A DNA stretch of 63,904 nucleotides, the filler included, from Craspedostauros australis (Eukaryota), in the NCBI GenBank assembly GCA_030167865.1. It is 11 parts of 11 records of this genome, joined end to end, with 100 filler letters (N's around TTAATTAATTAA, not from the genome) between each part and the next. Parts side by side here need not be neighbours in the genome. Positions count along the whole stretch, not along the records: positions 21,420 to 28,743 come from JALAGF010003455.1; positions 28,844 to 46,748 come from JALAGF010003456.1; 9 more parts are not named here. One strand, given 5' to 3'. The notes under the pieces are model-generated. The model saw only the letters and a program-made list of their open reading frames with translations. It was not told the origin of the DNA and ran no database searches. Each line of letters begins with the position of its first letter. Within the stretch, counting starts at the first letter, position 1. Below, in pieces: positions 22,964-33,757 of the stretch. A program made the position numbers and the translations under genes.

Positions 22964-24976
22964 TCAATCCCCAAAAATGAATGAAGGAACTGCTTTGAAC
23001 CATCCTGGCAGTCTTGCATTCGTGCATTTCCATTTGCAGAGGCCGGCCGCACCGATTGTGCCGTACACCGCCACGATGACGAAGATTGCCGCCTCCAATT
23101 GCTGCGAAGTCAGCTTGCTCTTGAACAGGGTGGCATTGTCCGTACCATCCACGATCAGACCCAAGATTCCCAAACAGAACACAAGCCGGCTATTCACGAC
23201 AACACCAACCCATGTCGTTGATGGAAAGACCATCAAGCATCCGTGCGTCCAGCTTTCGACTGCCCTCACAGTGAAGCTATCAAGTGTGTGCCTGCCCCAC
23301 CGACTTGCCACCTCAAAGTGCCTTGCAACCGATGTCACGTCCCGAGCAAGGAGGGAGAGGCAGACGAAGTGTACACTCCACCATAATGACGCATTGGTGA
23401 CCCTCGTTAGTTGTGCCAGTTGGAAGATAGAGACGAACAACCACATGTTGCGAATGTGCGTATCTCCATCCAAGAAGTCCGAGACAGTGCTGAATCGTCC
23501 CACAGCGACGAACGCCCAGAAGCCAGTGATTGTAAGTGTGATCCCAATGACGAATGCGACCGACAAGGATGGCTCTGATTATTTGTACCAGAGACGAGCG
23601 CTGACAATGGTAATGGGAGTGTGACACACAATGCAATCCCTGGTGATCTGGAACGTTGGATGTCATTGACCCACCTTGTCCCATCTTCATTCGTTCGACT
23701 ATCCCTGTGTCCACGAGAGCCGCAATTGACTGGCGAATTAACAGGTGTATCGTTGATCATCGAGAGTTGGCTCCACTTGGTCGTTTCCTTTGTATCGACA
23801 TCCATGGACACGGCTGCATATCCCTCGAGCTTGAATTGATGCGATGCATGGAAAGTGCCTTCACCATACAAATCATTGATCAATTGCATATCCTTCATGT
23901 CCTTGAACATCATCTGTGGCATCGCTGCTGTGCACCATAATGCACCATCGATCGGCTGGAGCATCCGCGGGCGACTCGCGATCTAGCCTCTGCTTGGAAG
24001 CTCCGCAGTGCCCGCAGACAAATACAACCCCAATCGCTGGTTATCATCTCGCCCTTCCTGATTTGCCTGGAAACATACATCATTCGCAGCGATAGGGACA
24101 ATGTTGCCTGCGTCGCGATATTCGTCAAGGACACGATGTCGCTCTTCGTCGCCGAGGAACCCCATTGGGTGCATCTTCCCTATGAGTCCTTGCCGGGATC
24201 CTCATCAAGCCACATTTTTGCACCAGGCACGTACGTCGCCATTGTCCCGTCTGGCAGCGGCACGCGGTACGGATTTGTGCTACACCTGCTAGAGCGCTTC
24301 TCCTCCTTTGCCTTGGCGTGCCATTCCCTGACTGTGTCTAACAGGAAACTGGTGTGGTCAGTCTCCCCAACGTAGCGATCTCCCACGCCGCCGCCCATCG
24401 AGCTGGAAGAGGAATCTGACTAAGGATGTAGTGGATCGTAACCCGTGTCGGATGGTAGATGAGAGATGCCGGAGGACATCCGACGGAGAAGACAGCGAGA
24501 AAGTACATGAGAATGTGTGCCACAGCGCAGTGGATCTTGGTGTTGCATGATTCTGGCCATGCCTTCTTGGCGGAGAATGGATTGACTGCACAGCTGTTGC
24601 CATCGCTGTCGACATCACTGTCTCCGCCATCGTCATCGTCGTCGTCGCTATGATTGTTGTATCTTGTTTGATCCCTGCCAATGCCTTTTATCGCGATGGT
24701 GATAGTACTTGCCTTGCGACTGGAACAAGGCACGATGATGCACCAGAGCAGCAGAAAGCAAGTGGCCAGTACCGCCCAGCCGGTCCCGCATCATTCCATA
24801 TCGGCCTGTCCCGCGGACCATCCCAGAAAGGCGATGATGAAGCCATTGAAGGTGATGCTGCAGAACCAGCAGGAACAACGAATCAAGTTGCAAGGTGTGT
24901 ACTTGCAGAGGCCACGTTTGTTGCGTGCAACACTGCCAACATGACCGATGCTGTCACTGTTGCTGATTGGGCTCAT
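22964..24976 (-). pseudogene. Possible decayed multi-pass membrane protein gene with an intervening SET-domain-like fragment
   Basis: Hydrophobic segments in 24976-24338 lie in one frame broken by a TGA at 24791-24793, and more occur in 23566-22964. Between them, 24174-23640 reads RLGLYL...SQLSMINDTPVNSPVNC with an in-frame TAG. Confidence 0.3.
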
Positions 24977-25230
24977 CTCGTTGTGGGACGTCCCATGATC
25001 GGACTGCGTCTTCGTGTGGCTGGTAGTGGTAGTGGTAGTGGTAGCGGTACGGCTGTAGAATAGATTAGTAGTGTTGTATTGCACATTATTGCCTGGTACA
25101 CAGATGATGGTGCGAGTAAAAAGAACGGAAAGGTTTAGAATGATGCTGTTGCGATCGCGCTTGCATTGCTCTGCGTGCGAAGGTGGATGGTTTGCCGCTC
25201 TGCCGCTACAGCTATTGCTCCTGCTGCTCA

Positions 25231-25758
25231 TAATAGAGCCCAAACGTAATGGCTGTTGTCTTGTTGGCTGTTCTTTAGCTGTAGGCAGAGGCTTGACTGG
25301 CAAGCGGTCCAAACGTGAGTCTTCTGTTCCACAAGTAGTCAATTGAGAATACTGGTAGATGGTGAAGAAACGTGCGGATTATGAGATTAGTGCTATGGTT
25401 CTTCCCTTCGGGGAGGATCTCCTGTGGTGTCCTGGATGACAATGCATGTAAGTTGTGTAGCTCAAGTACCGTGGGTCGAGATCCGTTGTCTGAGTTCTGT
25501 GAGAGACAATGGGCGATGATGCGCGTTGCTGGGGCCTTGGTTCCGTGTGTCGGCGTTTTGGCGATGGTGGGTGTCAGAAACTTGGTTATCGGAACCCCAT
25601 TGGTTCCCTGACACGAATTCCGAAGATCCGCTTCAAGGTTCTGGATCTGTCTCCAAACGTGGGGGTCGGCGAAGTGTCCGTGCGACCTACTGGAATACTG
25701 ACAAGTCAGATGATTCGTAGTCTCTCTCACTAAGATGGTTACTAGTTTAGCTCTATTA
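25231..25758 (-). repeat. 3' LTR (528 bp) of the Copia element at 25231-28743
   Basis: Bounded by a perfect 9-bp inverted repeat, TAATAGAGC (25231-25239) and GCTCTATTA (25750-25758). Directly abuts a polypurine tract. Confidence 0.8.
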
Positions 25759-25770
25759 CTCCCCTTCATC
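25759..25770 (-). promoter_or_regulatory. Polypurine tract (plus-strand primer site) of the LTR retrotransposon
   Basis: Minus strand reads GATGAAGGGGAG immediately before the LTR start TAATAGAGC, about 90 nt after the ORF stop. Confidence 0.8.
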
Positions 25771-25856
25771 TCACGTTGAAACGTGAGTTGACTGAAAGCA
25801 AGAAAGCTAATCGTAGTGTGGTTTGTTCCGCCGCCCAAGATGGCGGCGAGCGGGCT

Positions 25857-28742
25857 TCATTCGTGCTGCTCGTTGTTGTCGTTGTAGCCGCGGCCTTGGT
25901 GGCGGTTGGTGAGCATGAGTTCCAATGCCTCATTCAGCGAAGAAGTGATGCTGACCTGCTGGACCTGGTTGATGTGGTCAAGCCCTCCGCGAAAAAGGAT
26001 ATCGGCGAGGGTTTGGATGACCAGAGGTGTTCTTTCGTCGTTTTGGAGGACGGCCTCGATCTGAGCTGTGGGGTCGAGGGACATCTGAAAGATGGGTGGT
26101 TGCATCATCGTTGGTCCTCGGTTGCTGGACATGATGTATCCGGACCGAAGGCGTCGGGGTGACGGGTATGCGATCGCTGGTTGGGGCTCCGTTCGAGCTC
26201 TCTTGTTAGCGTTGCTGGTCTCCGGAGTGTCGGGGGTCGATGGTAGGGGATGGTTCAAGACGCGGAATTGGCGGGTGTTGATGTTCGCATACTCATTGCG
26301 GTTCACGGGTGCCGGGTACGCGGTTGCTACCGGTACGTCATCATCGGTTGGTTCCTCCGGTAGTGTGGGGACCTTTGGCTGTTCATCCTGGGTTATGAGG
26401 GGCGCTGGTTCTACCGCCTCGGTAGGTTTTTCTGCGGCCGGAGTGGGAGCTCTTTTCGTGTTGATGGTCCCACCTGTGGATTTCTTGGCGGATCTGACTT
26501 GTTTGATCATCTTGATTCCCGACATTCCCGAAGAAATGGTTGAGTCCTCAGATTCATCGAAGAGCCCCTTTCTCTTGGGGCGGTTGCTTTGCTTGCTGCT
26601 GGCTCCAGAGCTGGGTCGTCGCGATGCCTGGTTCCGGTTGATTGAGTTGTCTTCTGGTCGGAAGATGGACCCAGAATCGTCACTGTCACCGGGCTCTGGG
26701 GCGGACGCGCTGTCCACGGAATGGTCGGCTGGGATCACGGGCTTTGGTCGTACCTTGTCGGTATACCCTTGTCCATCTCGCGTGACTGTCAAGATTTTGG
26801 ACGCCGGTGATGGTCGTGAGGATCGCCTGACGGGGGGTCTGGGGTGGCTGATTACCGCTCCACTTGCGATCTCTGCTTCCACGTCAATCACGCTTCCTGG
26901 GTCCTGCGAATCTTGATCTTCATCGTGATACGCCTCTGGCTCAGACTCCTGGTGGCTGGCTTCTTCTGCGGTCATCTTCTTGTCGAAGTATCCATCAGGG
27001 ATCTCATCCAAGAACCTGCTCTCTGGTGTCTCTCCCTCTTCGAGACTGGGTCTGGCGTCTTCGAGGGATGGTATTCCGTCGACCATCTCATCCTCGTCGG
27101 TGGGGGGAATGGGTTCATCCGCGAGTGCATTCTTCTCTCGTGTGAGGTTGGCGGCGAGGGTGTCACTTAGTTTTCGGACTGCTCGTGCCTTCCTTGCGCG
27201 TGCGAGGATGATAGGGATCCGGTTCTTCCTCACCTTGAAGAAGTGAAATATGGACGGTTTCCGCATGGTTGCGCGGAACTCGTTGGGTGGTTCGCCCCAT
27301 GCGCCGTCTTCAGGGGAGTAGAAGCACTGTCCATCGGCTATGGCGATGCTGAGGACCCCGTTGGTTTGGAGGCTGTTGTCCATATATTCGGAGAGGGTGA
27401 GAGGGTAGATGGATTGTTTTTCTATGAAGGTAACAAGGCCGGTTGGTGCCTTATTGTTTCCCTTCGTGCAGTAGATTCGGACTCTGCGGCCACTGTACCC
27501 AACGACGATTCCTTGGAAGGTTCCCTTCTTCCCTGCAGGATATAGCACCCTGGTTCCGGGGACGGGACAATGGGTGCCATGGTAGAATGGGTTGTACTTT
27601 GGGAATGTCATCTTGCGTGTCCTCGTCTGGAATGGGGAGAGGTTGTGTCCGGGGTCCTGGTTGTGGCGGCTCCGTTTTTGTGGTGATGGCATGTTCATGT
27701 CGCGTAATGCAAAAGAAGGTGCGGTCGCGTTCCGTGCCAGGTCTTCTTGGAGATCAGCAATCAGCATGTCGCACCTGTATGTTTTGTGCTCAGGTGTGAC
27801 GAAAGCCCGAGGTGTCAGGCCCGTGTGGAAGGAAGTTTCACAGTTACCTTCTCTGATGGCTGGCATGGTGGCTCCAGGCGGCGGTTTCCGGAACTTGGTT
27901 GATGTGGCGACGTGTGATTGGTTGGTTGGCATGATGGGCCCTGTCTCCAGCATGTCTCTTGGGTAGTAGAGGACGTCGCTTCCACATGAGGGGTTGATAC
28001 TCGAGAATGTGCTGAATTCGTCGGTGAGGGCTGATGGTGGTGTGTCGCCACGCCGGATCAAGAATTTGTCGGTTGGCGCGCCAGCTGGCTCGTGGTTCTG
28101 ATTCGTAGTACGGTTGTCGGTCATGTCGTATACGACACTGGAATTTCGCGTCTGTTGGCGGTTGGGCGAGGCCGGTGTGCTTTTGGTGCGCTTGATGGTT
28201 CTGGGTGATTTCCTTTGTGCCATTTCGAGGGGATTCGGTTCTCGTTGGGTTCTGGTTAGCCGAAGGGTTTTCGATGTCGGGCTGTACTTCATGGAGGTCT
28301 GTTGGTACCTTGCCATGTTCACGCTCATAGTGTGTTCTTCCTTCGGTGGTGGTGGTTCTTGCGTCTCCGTGGCCATTAGATCGGGATCATCGTCTGCTCT
28401 GGTCGTCCTGCTCTGTGTTATAGCCTGTGATATGGCTTCGCTGTGGTATCCGGACTCATGGATTGAGTTCCGGAATATCGTTCTTGACGTGATGTGGTGG
28501 AATGGTGTTTTGGAAAGAGGTTTGGTTAGTATGTCTGCGATGTTGTCAACTGACGCAATGTGGGCAAACACGATGATTCCAGCGGCGATGCATTCCCGGA
28601 TTTGGTGGAAAGCCAATGAGCAGTGTTTCTTCTTCAGTGTCGAGGATGGGACCGTAGTGTTGAGTACCACCGCTTTGTTGTCTCCGAGCATGATTGCGGG
28701 TCCGTCGATGGGGACTCCGAGGTCTCTCAGCATGTAGCGCAG
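25857..28742 (-). CDS. Copia Pol C-terminus (RNase H) with about 870 aa of in-frame extension of unknown function; 5'-truncated
   Basis: Uninterrupted ORF of 958+ codons. Only the first ~90 aa are recognisable as RNase H. Confidence 0.75.
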   Translation of the reverse strand: MRYMLRDLGVPIDGPAIMLGDNKAVVLNTTVPSSTLKKKHCSLAFHQIRECIAAGIIVFAHIASVDNIADILTKPLSKTPFHHITSRTIFRNSIHESGYHSEAISQAITQSRTTRADDDPDLMATETQEPPPPKEEHTMSVNMARYQQTSMKYSPTSKTLRLTRTQREPNPLEMAQRKSPRTIKRTKSTPASPNRQQTRNSSVVYDMTDNRTTNQNHEPAGAPTDKFLIRRGDTPPSALTDEFSTFSSINPSCGSDVLYYPRDMLETGPIMPTNQSHVATSTKFRKPPPGATMPAIREGNCETSFHTGLTPRAFVTPEHKTYRCDMLIADLQEDLARNATAPSFALRDMNMPSPQKRSRHNQDPGHNLSPFQTRTRKMTFPKYNPFYHGTHCPVPGTRVLYPAGKKGTFQGIVVGYSGRRVRIYCTKGNNKAPTGLVTFIEKQSIYPLTLSEYMDNSLQTNGVLSIAIADGQCFYSPEDGAWGEPPNEFRATMRKPSIFHFFKVRKNRIPIILARARKARAVRKLSDTLAANLTREKNALADEPIPPTDEDEMVDGIPSLEDARPSLEEGETPESRFLDEIPDGYFDKKMTAEEASHQESEPEAYHDEDQDSQDPGSVIDVEAEIASGAVISHPRPPVRRSSRPSPASKILTVTRDGQGYTDKVRPKPVIPADHSVDSASAPEPGDSDDSGSIFRPEDNSINRNQASRRPSSGASSKQSNRPKRKGLFDESEDSTISSGMSGIKMIKQVRSAKKSTGGTINTKRAPTPAAEKPTEAVEPAPLITQDEQPKVPTLPEEPTDDDVPVATAYPAPVNRNEYANINTRQFRVLNHPLPSTPDTPETSNANKRARTEPQPAIAYPSPRRLRSGYIMSSNRGPTMMQPPIFQMSLDPTAQIEAVLQNDERTPLVIQTLADILFRGGLDHINQVQQVSITSSLNEALELMLTNRHQGRGYNDNNEQHE

Positions 28743-28863
28743 ANNNNNNNNNNNNNNNNNNNNNNNNNNNNNNNNNNNNNNNNNNNNTTAATTAATTAAN
28801 NNNNNNNNNNNNNNNNNNNNNNNNNNNNNNNNNNNNNNNNNNNAATCGCATCTGCAACCACAG

Positions 28864-30134
28864 GAAAGTCCACCACCACTGGTCACTTGATCTACAAGTG
28901 CGGAGGTATTGACAAGCGTACCATCGAGAAGTTCGAGAAGGAAGCCGCCGAGCTCGGAAAGGGATCCTTCAAGTATGCCTGGGTCCTTGACAACCTCAAG
29001 GCCGAGCGCGAGCGTGGTATCACCATCGATATCGCCCTCTGGAAGTTCGAGTCTCCAAAGTACTCCTTCACCGTCATCGACGCCCCAGGACACCGTGATT
29101 TCATCAAGAACATGATCACCGGTACCTCCCAGGCCGATGTCGCCGTCCTCGTCATTGACTCCTCCCAGGGAGGATTCGAGGCCGGTATCTCCAAGGACGG
29201 ACAGACCCGCGAGCACGCTCTCCTCGCCTACACTCTCGGAGTGAAGCAGATGATCGTCGCCATGAACAAGATGGACGACAAGACCGTCAAGTACGCCGAG
29301 TCCCGTTACAAGGAGATCAAGTCCGAGGTCTTCACCTACCTCAAGAAGGTCGGCTACAAGCCAATGAAGATCCCATTCGTCCCAATCTCCGGATGGGAGG
29401 GTGACAACATGATCGACAAGTCCACCAACATGCCTTGGTACAAGGGCCCATACCTCCTTGAGGCCCTCGACAACGTCAACCCACCAAAGCGCCCAACCGA
29501 CAAGGCCCTCCGTCTCCCACTCCAGGATGTCTACAAGATCGGTGGTATCGGAACCGTTCCAGTCGGACGTGTTGAGACCGGTATCATCAAGCCAGGTATC
29601 CATGCCATGTTCGCCCCAGCCGGCATCGTGGCCGAAATCAAGTCCGTCGAGATGCACCACGAGTCCCTTCCACAGGCCGTCCCAGGTGACAACGTCGGAT
29701 TCAACGTGAAGAACGTCGCCGTCAAGGACCTCCGGCGTGGATTCGTCGCCTCCGACTCCAAGTCCAGCCCAGCCGCTGGTGCCTCTAGCTTCGAGGCTCA
29801 GGTCATCGTCATGAACCACCCAGGACAGATCTCCAACGGATACTCCCCAGTCTTGGATTGCCACACCGCCCACGTCGCCTGCAAGTTCAAGCACATCAAG
29901 GAGAAGATGGACCGTCGTTCCGGAAAGGTCCTTGAGGCCGATCCAAAGTTCGTCAAGACCGGAGATGCCTGCATCGTCGAGCTCGAGCCAACCAAGCCAC
30001 TTTGCGTCGAGACCTTCACCGACTTCCCACCGCTCGGCCGCTTCGCCGTCCGTGACATGCGTCAAACCGTCGCTGTCGGTGTGATCAAGAAGGTCACCAA
30101 GGGTGAGCTCACCGCAAAGAAGGGCAAGAAATGA
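28864..30134 (+). CDS. EEF1A: Translation elongation factor 1-alpha, last exon (5' exon lost at the linker)
   Basis: Acceptor CAG at 28861-28863, then [40 protein letters not shown] and [10 protein letters not shown]. Strong C-ending codon bias. Confidence 0.99.
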
Positions 30135-31297
30135 ATCATTGACAATGAGAAGACAACAGCCAAGCAGCAGATGACTGAACCGCGCTGCGTGGCGATGGAG
30201 GTTCCCAGATACAGCAACACCATAACAATCGGGCCAAGTGGGTTCTGGTTGGATGTTGTGCGCAAGGGAACACGAAGAATACAACGGCCCTTTGTTTTGT
30301 AAGGGGTACCGTGATGAGTCCAATGATCTCGTTCAAACAACAACTAAGAGCATAGGGAGGCTGTGCCAACAACCAAATAACTTCTGTCAATTGTGCTCTA
30401 TCGTGCATGTATGCACTTGTGTATTGGATTTGCTGTGTCTGTAAATCGAGTGCTCGAACGTTTGGCGCAACCGTAGTGGACATCGTTGGTGTTGCTGGTG
30501 AAACATCCTGCGCCTTGACTCAACTCAAACGATGGATACCTAACAATCAACCGTATCTTCGGAATACTCTCCGATCGGCAACGATGACACGTTTGCTGTC
30601 CTATCAGATGCCAGGCGCCTCCAGAGCTGGTACCAGTGCTGGTGTTGGTGCTCCACGGTTTGGGTTGGCTGTCCACCGTGCCTCTGAAGGGCGAGAGCCT
30701 CATTCGTTGGGATAGGGGTTCGCAATCGCGTTCCATCTTTATCTTTGGCGGAGGGTATCTTTGCACGAGCGCGAGCTCTGGGGGCTCTGCGCCATAACCC
30801 AGTCGCCACTGCGCCGTCGCAGGAGCACAGAAGACAACACCGTGGGGTTACGAGCCATACAACCTGGAGGTGCATGAAATTCATCGGAAGATTCGTCGAG
30901 TCGGATCATTGCGTCACACATTTTGCCACGTGCCACAAACCAGAAGGAAGGAACGAGAGGAACGGTCATGTCCACATCCCTCCAGAGCCACACAAAGCGG
31001 TCGTGCCCAAATGACCGTCATTGCTTTGGGCATCAAAGAAGGGAGATGGGGGATGTTGTCCTTGACATGCATTCGCCAAAGTGTGCAGCCGTCAAATATC
31101 CGCAATCGTCTCGACCTACTTTTGGCATGCGTCGATGTGGCTGGTAGCTGGTCACTCCGCCAGATATAGTACATGCTCGTTGAGACGTGTGGTGTGGTGG
31201 TCATCTGTTATGATTTTGTAATAGAATTGTTTACTTCGTTACTCTATGTCTGGTCTGATCTGGTATGTTGTGGTGTGATGTGGTATGTGTGCTGTAG

Positions 31298-32988
31298 CTA
31301 TGTTATTGTGTGGCGTCGGAGTCTGCGATAGGGCAGGTCATCCGTGGGGGAGAATGGAGAGTTGGGATCATTGGGATCGATGTTGTCCAAATCAATGGGC
31401 GCGCCCGCCTCCGTCACTGGATCGGCGTCTTGATCCATGCTATCAACGTTGGCTGGTTGTCCAACGATTGCGACAGCAGCTGTTTTGGATGTTGCAGCAG
31501 GCTTTGCTGGCTTGGTGTTGGCAACCTTCTGCTCTGTGGATCGCTTGACGAATCTTCCCTTGACTCTCAGCCTGCGATCTGCGAGATTCTTGCGGCAGTT
31601 GTAACGAATGCGCTTGTTCCAGACGCGTCTGGTGCGCTTGTCGTGGAAGCGAGCGATAATAGCAGCTCGCTCGGCAGGTGTGTAGATCCCGATGCGCCCA
31701 TTCTTATTGTAGACCTGTATTCAATTATGGTAGGGAGCGGGGGAGTGGTAGAGTGGCATGAGATGAAAGAGAGGGTGAGAGAGTAGAAGAGAGGGCAGGA
31801 TGGTGTGAGTGAGTGAATGAGGGTTCATCACAATACGATAGTACAATGCCATCATAAGATGTCTCCTTTCACATGTGCGCATGCGTGTCGCAAACGATTG
31901 AATGCCATTGAATACCAGAGGACGGCGTGACTTGGCGCGACACGAGTGGAACTCACATTCTTGTACTTCGCGAGCGAATGTGGCAGCGCGACGGCCCCCT
32001 TGTCTCCGGAGATGCTGCCCTCACTGAGATCCTCCAGCAACCTCGATCGCGCTCTGCGGAGGAGCTGTTCATGCGTGAGCTGGGATTCTTCCTCCTCGAG
32101 GGCCTTCCTGCGTTCCTTTTCCGCCATCGCCTCGACGGCGGAGTTGGCTTCCGCCAGTTCCTTCTCCAGGATGGGCTCCGGAAGGATGAATTGGACCCGG
32201 TTCCTGCGTGGCTTCCAGCGTTGCAAGCCCTCCGGGTTGGACATGCTGCGCCGGCGGTATCCCTTGGTGCGCTCAGCGGTGTTCGTGGCGACCTCGGAAT
32301 CCGATGAATCTGGAGTGGACGTCGAGGGGGTGGACGCTCCAGAGATGGGGATGGCGGGCGGTGGCATCTGCGATCGCAGCTGCTGCTGTTGGTGCGAGAA
32401 GGACGATGGAGGCGTCATTGTTGTTGCAGTTGCCGGCGGTGGCAGCGGCGAAGATGAGGCCGACCTGGAGGAGGATGTGACGAAGGACGGCACTCCAGGG
32501 ATGATGATGTCGTCAACGAATCTCGTCTGCTTGATGATGGTGGTCGATTGGGAGGCGTTGATCGTCGCCTGCTCCTTGGTTGCCAAGAAGGCGAGGGCGT
32601 CAAGACCTGCGGAGCCGGAACGGCTCCGGCGTCGGCTCCTGCCGAGCATCATCATGAAGGAGGTGTCCGATGCTGACGATGAGCCGAACGAGGTGGAGAG
32701 GGAGGCTGTCTCGGCCGTGTCAACGTCCGATATGCTGCGGATGGCCTTGCCTCCACCAAAGTGGATGTGCTGCTTGGGGATTGGCAGAGGCAGTACATTT
32801 CTGGCGCCAACGTGCTGGCCAACGCCTCGATTGGCTGTTGATGAGGACTTGATGAGCGAAGCAGAGGAAGAAGACGATGACGAGGGTGGTGACACGCCCA
32901 GCAATGCCCTGGCGGCGTCCAGTCTGTCACTGAGCTCGGTCGTCTGCGGGTCCGTCAAGAGGCTTTGTGGCAGTGTCGATAGCGTCAT
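31298..32988 (-). CDS. CCT-domain protein; exons 32988-31957 and 31714-31298
   Basis: GT-AG intron 31956-31715 joins AKYKN to VYNKNGRIGIYTPAERAAIIARFHDKRTRRVWNKRIRYNCRKNLADRRLRVKGRFVK (CCT motif). Ends PYRRLRRHTIT-stop. Exon 2 is absent from the ORF track. Confidence 0.92.
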
Positions 32989-33498
32989 TGTGTCTCTTTG
33001 CGTTGGGTTCTGCTGTACCACGGGCTGCTCGTAGTATGGTGTTGCACTGCACAAAGTTGTGGCACGGGTACGTGTGCAAGTACGTGCGAAAGTACGTGCG
33101 AAGTTGTGTCGGAAGGAGAAAATGGCCCACGCGAAAACAGCGAGTCTGGGAATTCGAGAGTGTGCTTCGCCTGTTGTTGTTGGTGGTGGTGGTGTTGAGA
33201 TGGGAGGTTGGTTGGTGTCGATGTCGTCTCCTGTGTTGTGTCTTCCCTCTGTTCGAATGAAAGAGGAAGGATGAATCAGACAGTGAATCAATCGATGAAT
33301 CGAATCAACCAGCGAATCAATAGGGGCACCCTGTTCCGCGAATGATTGCAACGAGATTCGCAACGTGGGAGCTCAAGCGGCCGGTTGGATGGTTTGTTCG
33401 ATTGTAATGCAATGCAATGCAATGCGATTGAAAGTGAATGGAATGAGATGCCGATGCTTTCCTCCACTCGGATGGCCTTGTTGATGTGAGTATGAGTA

Positions 33499-33588
33499 CG
33501 GCTGTGGATGTGGCTGTTGATGTGGCTGTTGATGTGGCTGTTGATGTGGCTGTTGATGTGGCTGTTGATGTGACTGTGGATGTGACTG
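33499..33588. repeat. 12-bp minisatellite (GATGTGGCTGTT)n, about 7 copies
   Basis: Direct tandem copies with degenerate flanking units. Confidence 0.9.
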
Positions 33589-33732
33589 CGAGAGTATCAA
33601 TGTTGATGCCGCTCCGAGTAGATGGTGGAGTCCAGCGGTGGTCAGTGTTGTTTGTCGTGGGTGGTGAAGGGGCGGAGGTGATGGCTCTGGCTATTTGTGC
33701 GGTTGTGAGGTGATGTGGTTATGTTCGTACTG

Positions 33733-33757
33733 TATCGTATCGTATCGTATCGTATCG
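33733..33757. repeat. (TATCG)5 microsatellite
   Basis: Visible perfect pentamer run. Confidence 0.9.

Larger units (their letters stand above)
25231..28743 (-). mobile_element. 3' part of a Ty1/Copia (diatom CoDi-like) LTR retrotransposon
   Basis: RNase H C-terminus LRYMLRDLGVP...GDNKAVV...STLKKKH...NIADILTKPL, then a long ORF, a PPT and an LTR. Confidence 0.88.

Noticed and set aside
28788..30323. 511-aa minus-strand ORF
   Set aside because: Antisense shadow of codon-biased EF-1alpha.
33373..33600. HQQP-repeat ORF as an upstream exon of the CCT gene
   Set aside because: Derived from the 12-bp minisatellite, with no clear ATG or splice link to the coding exon.
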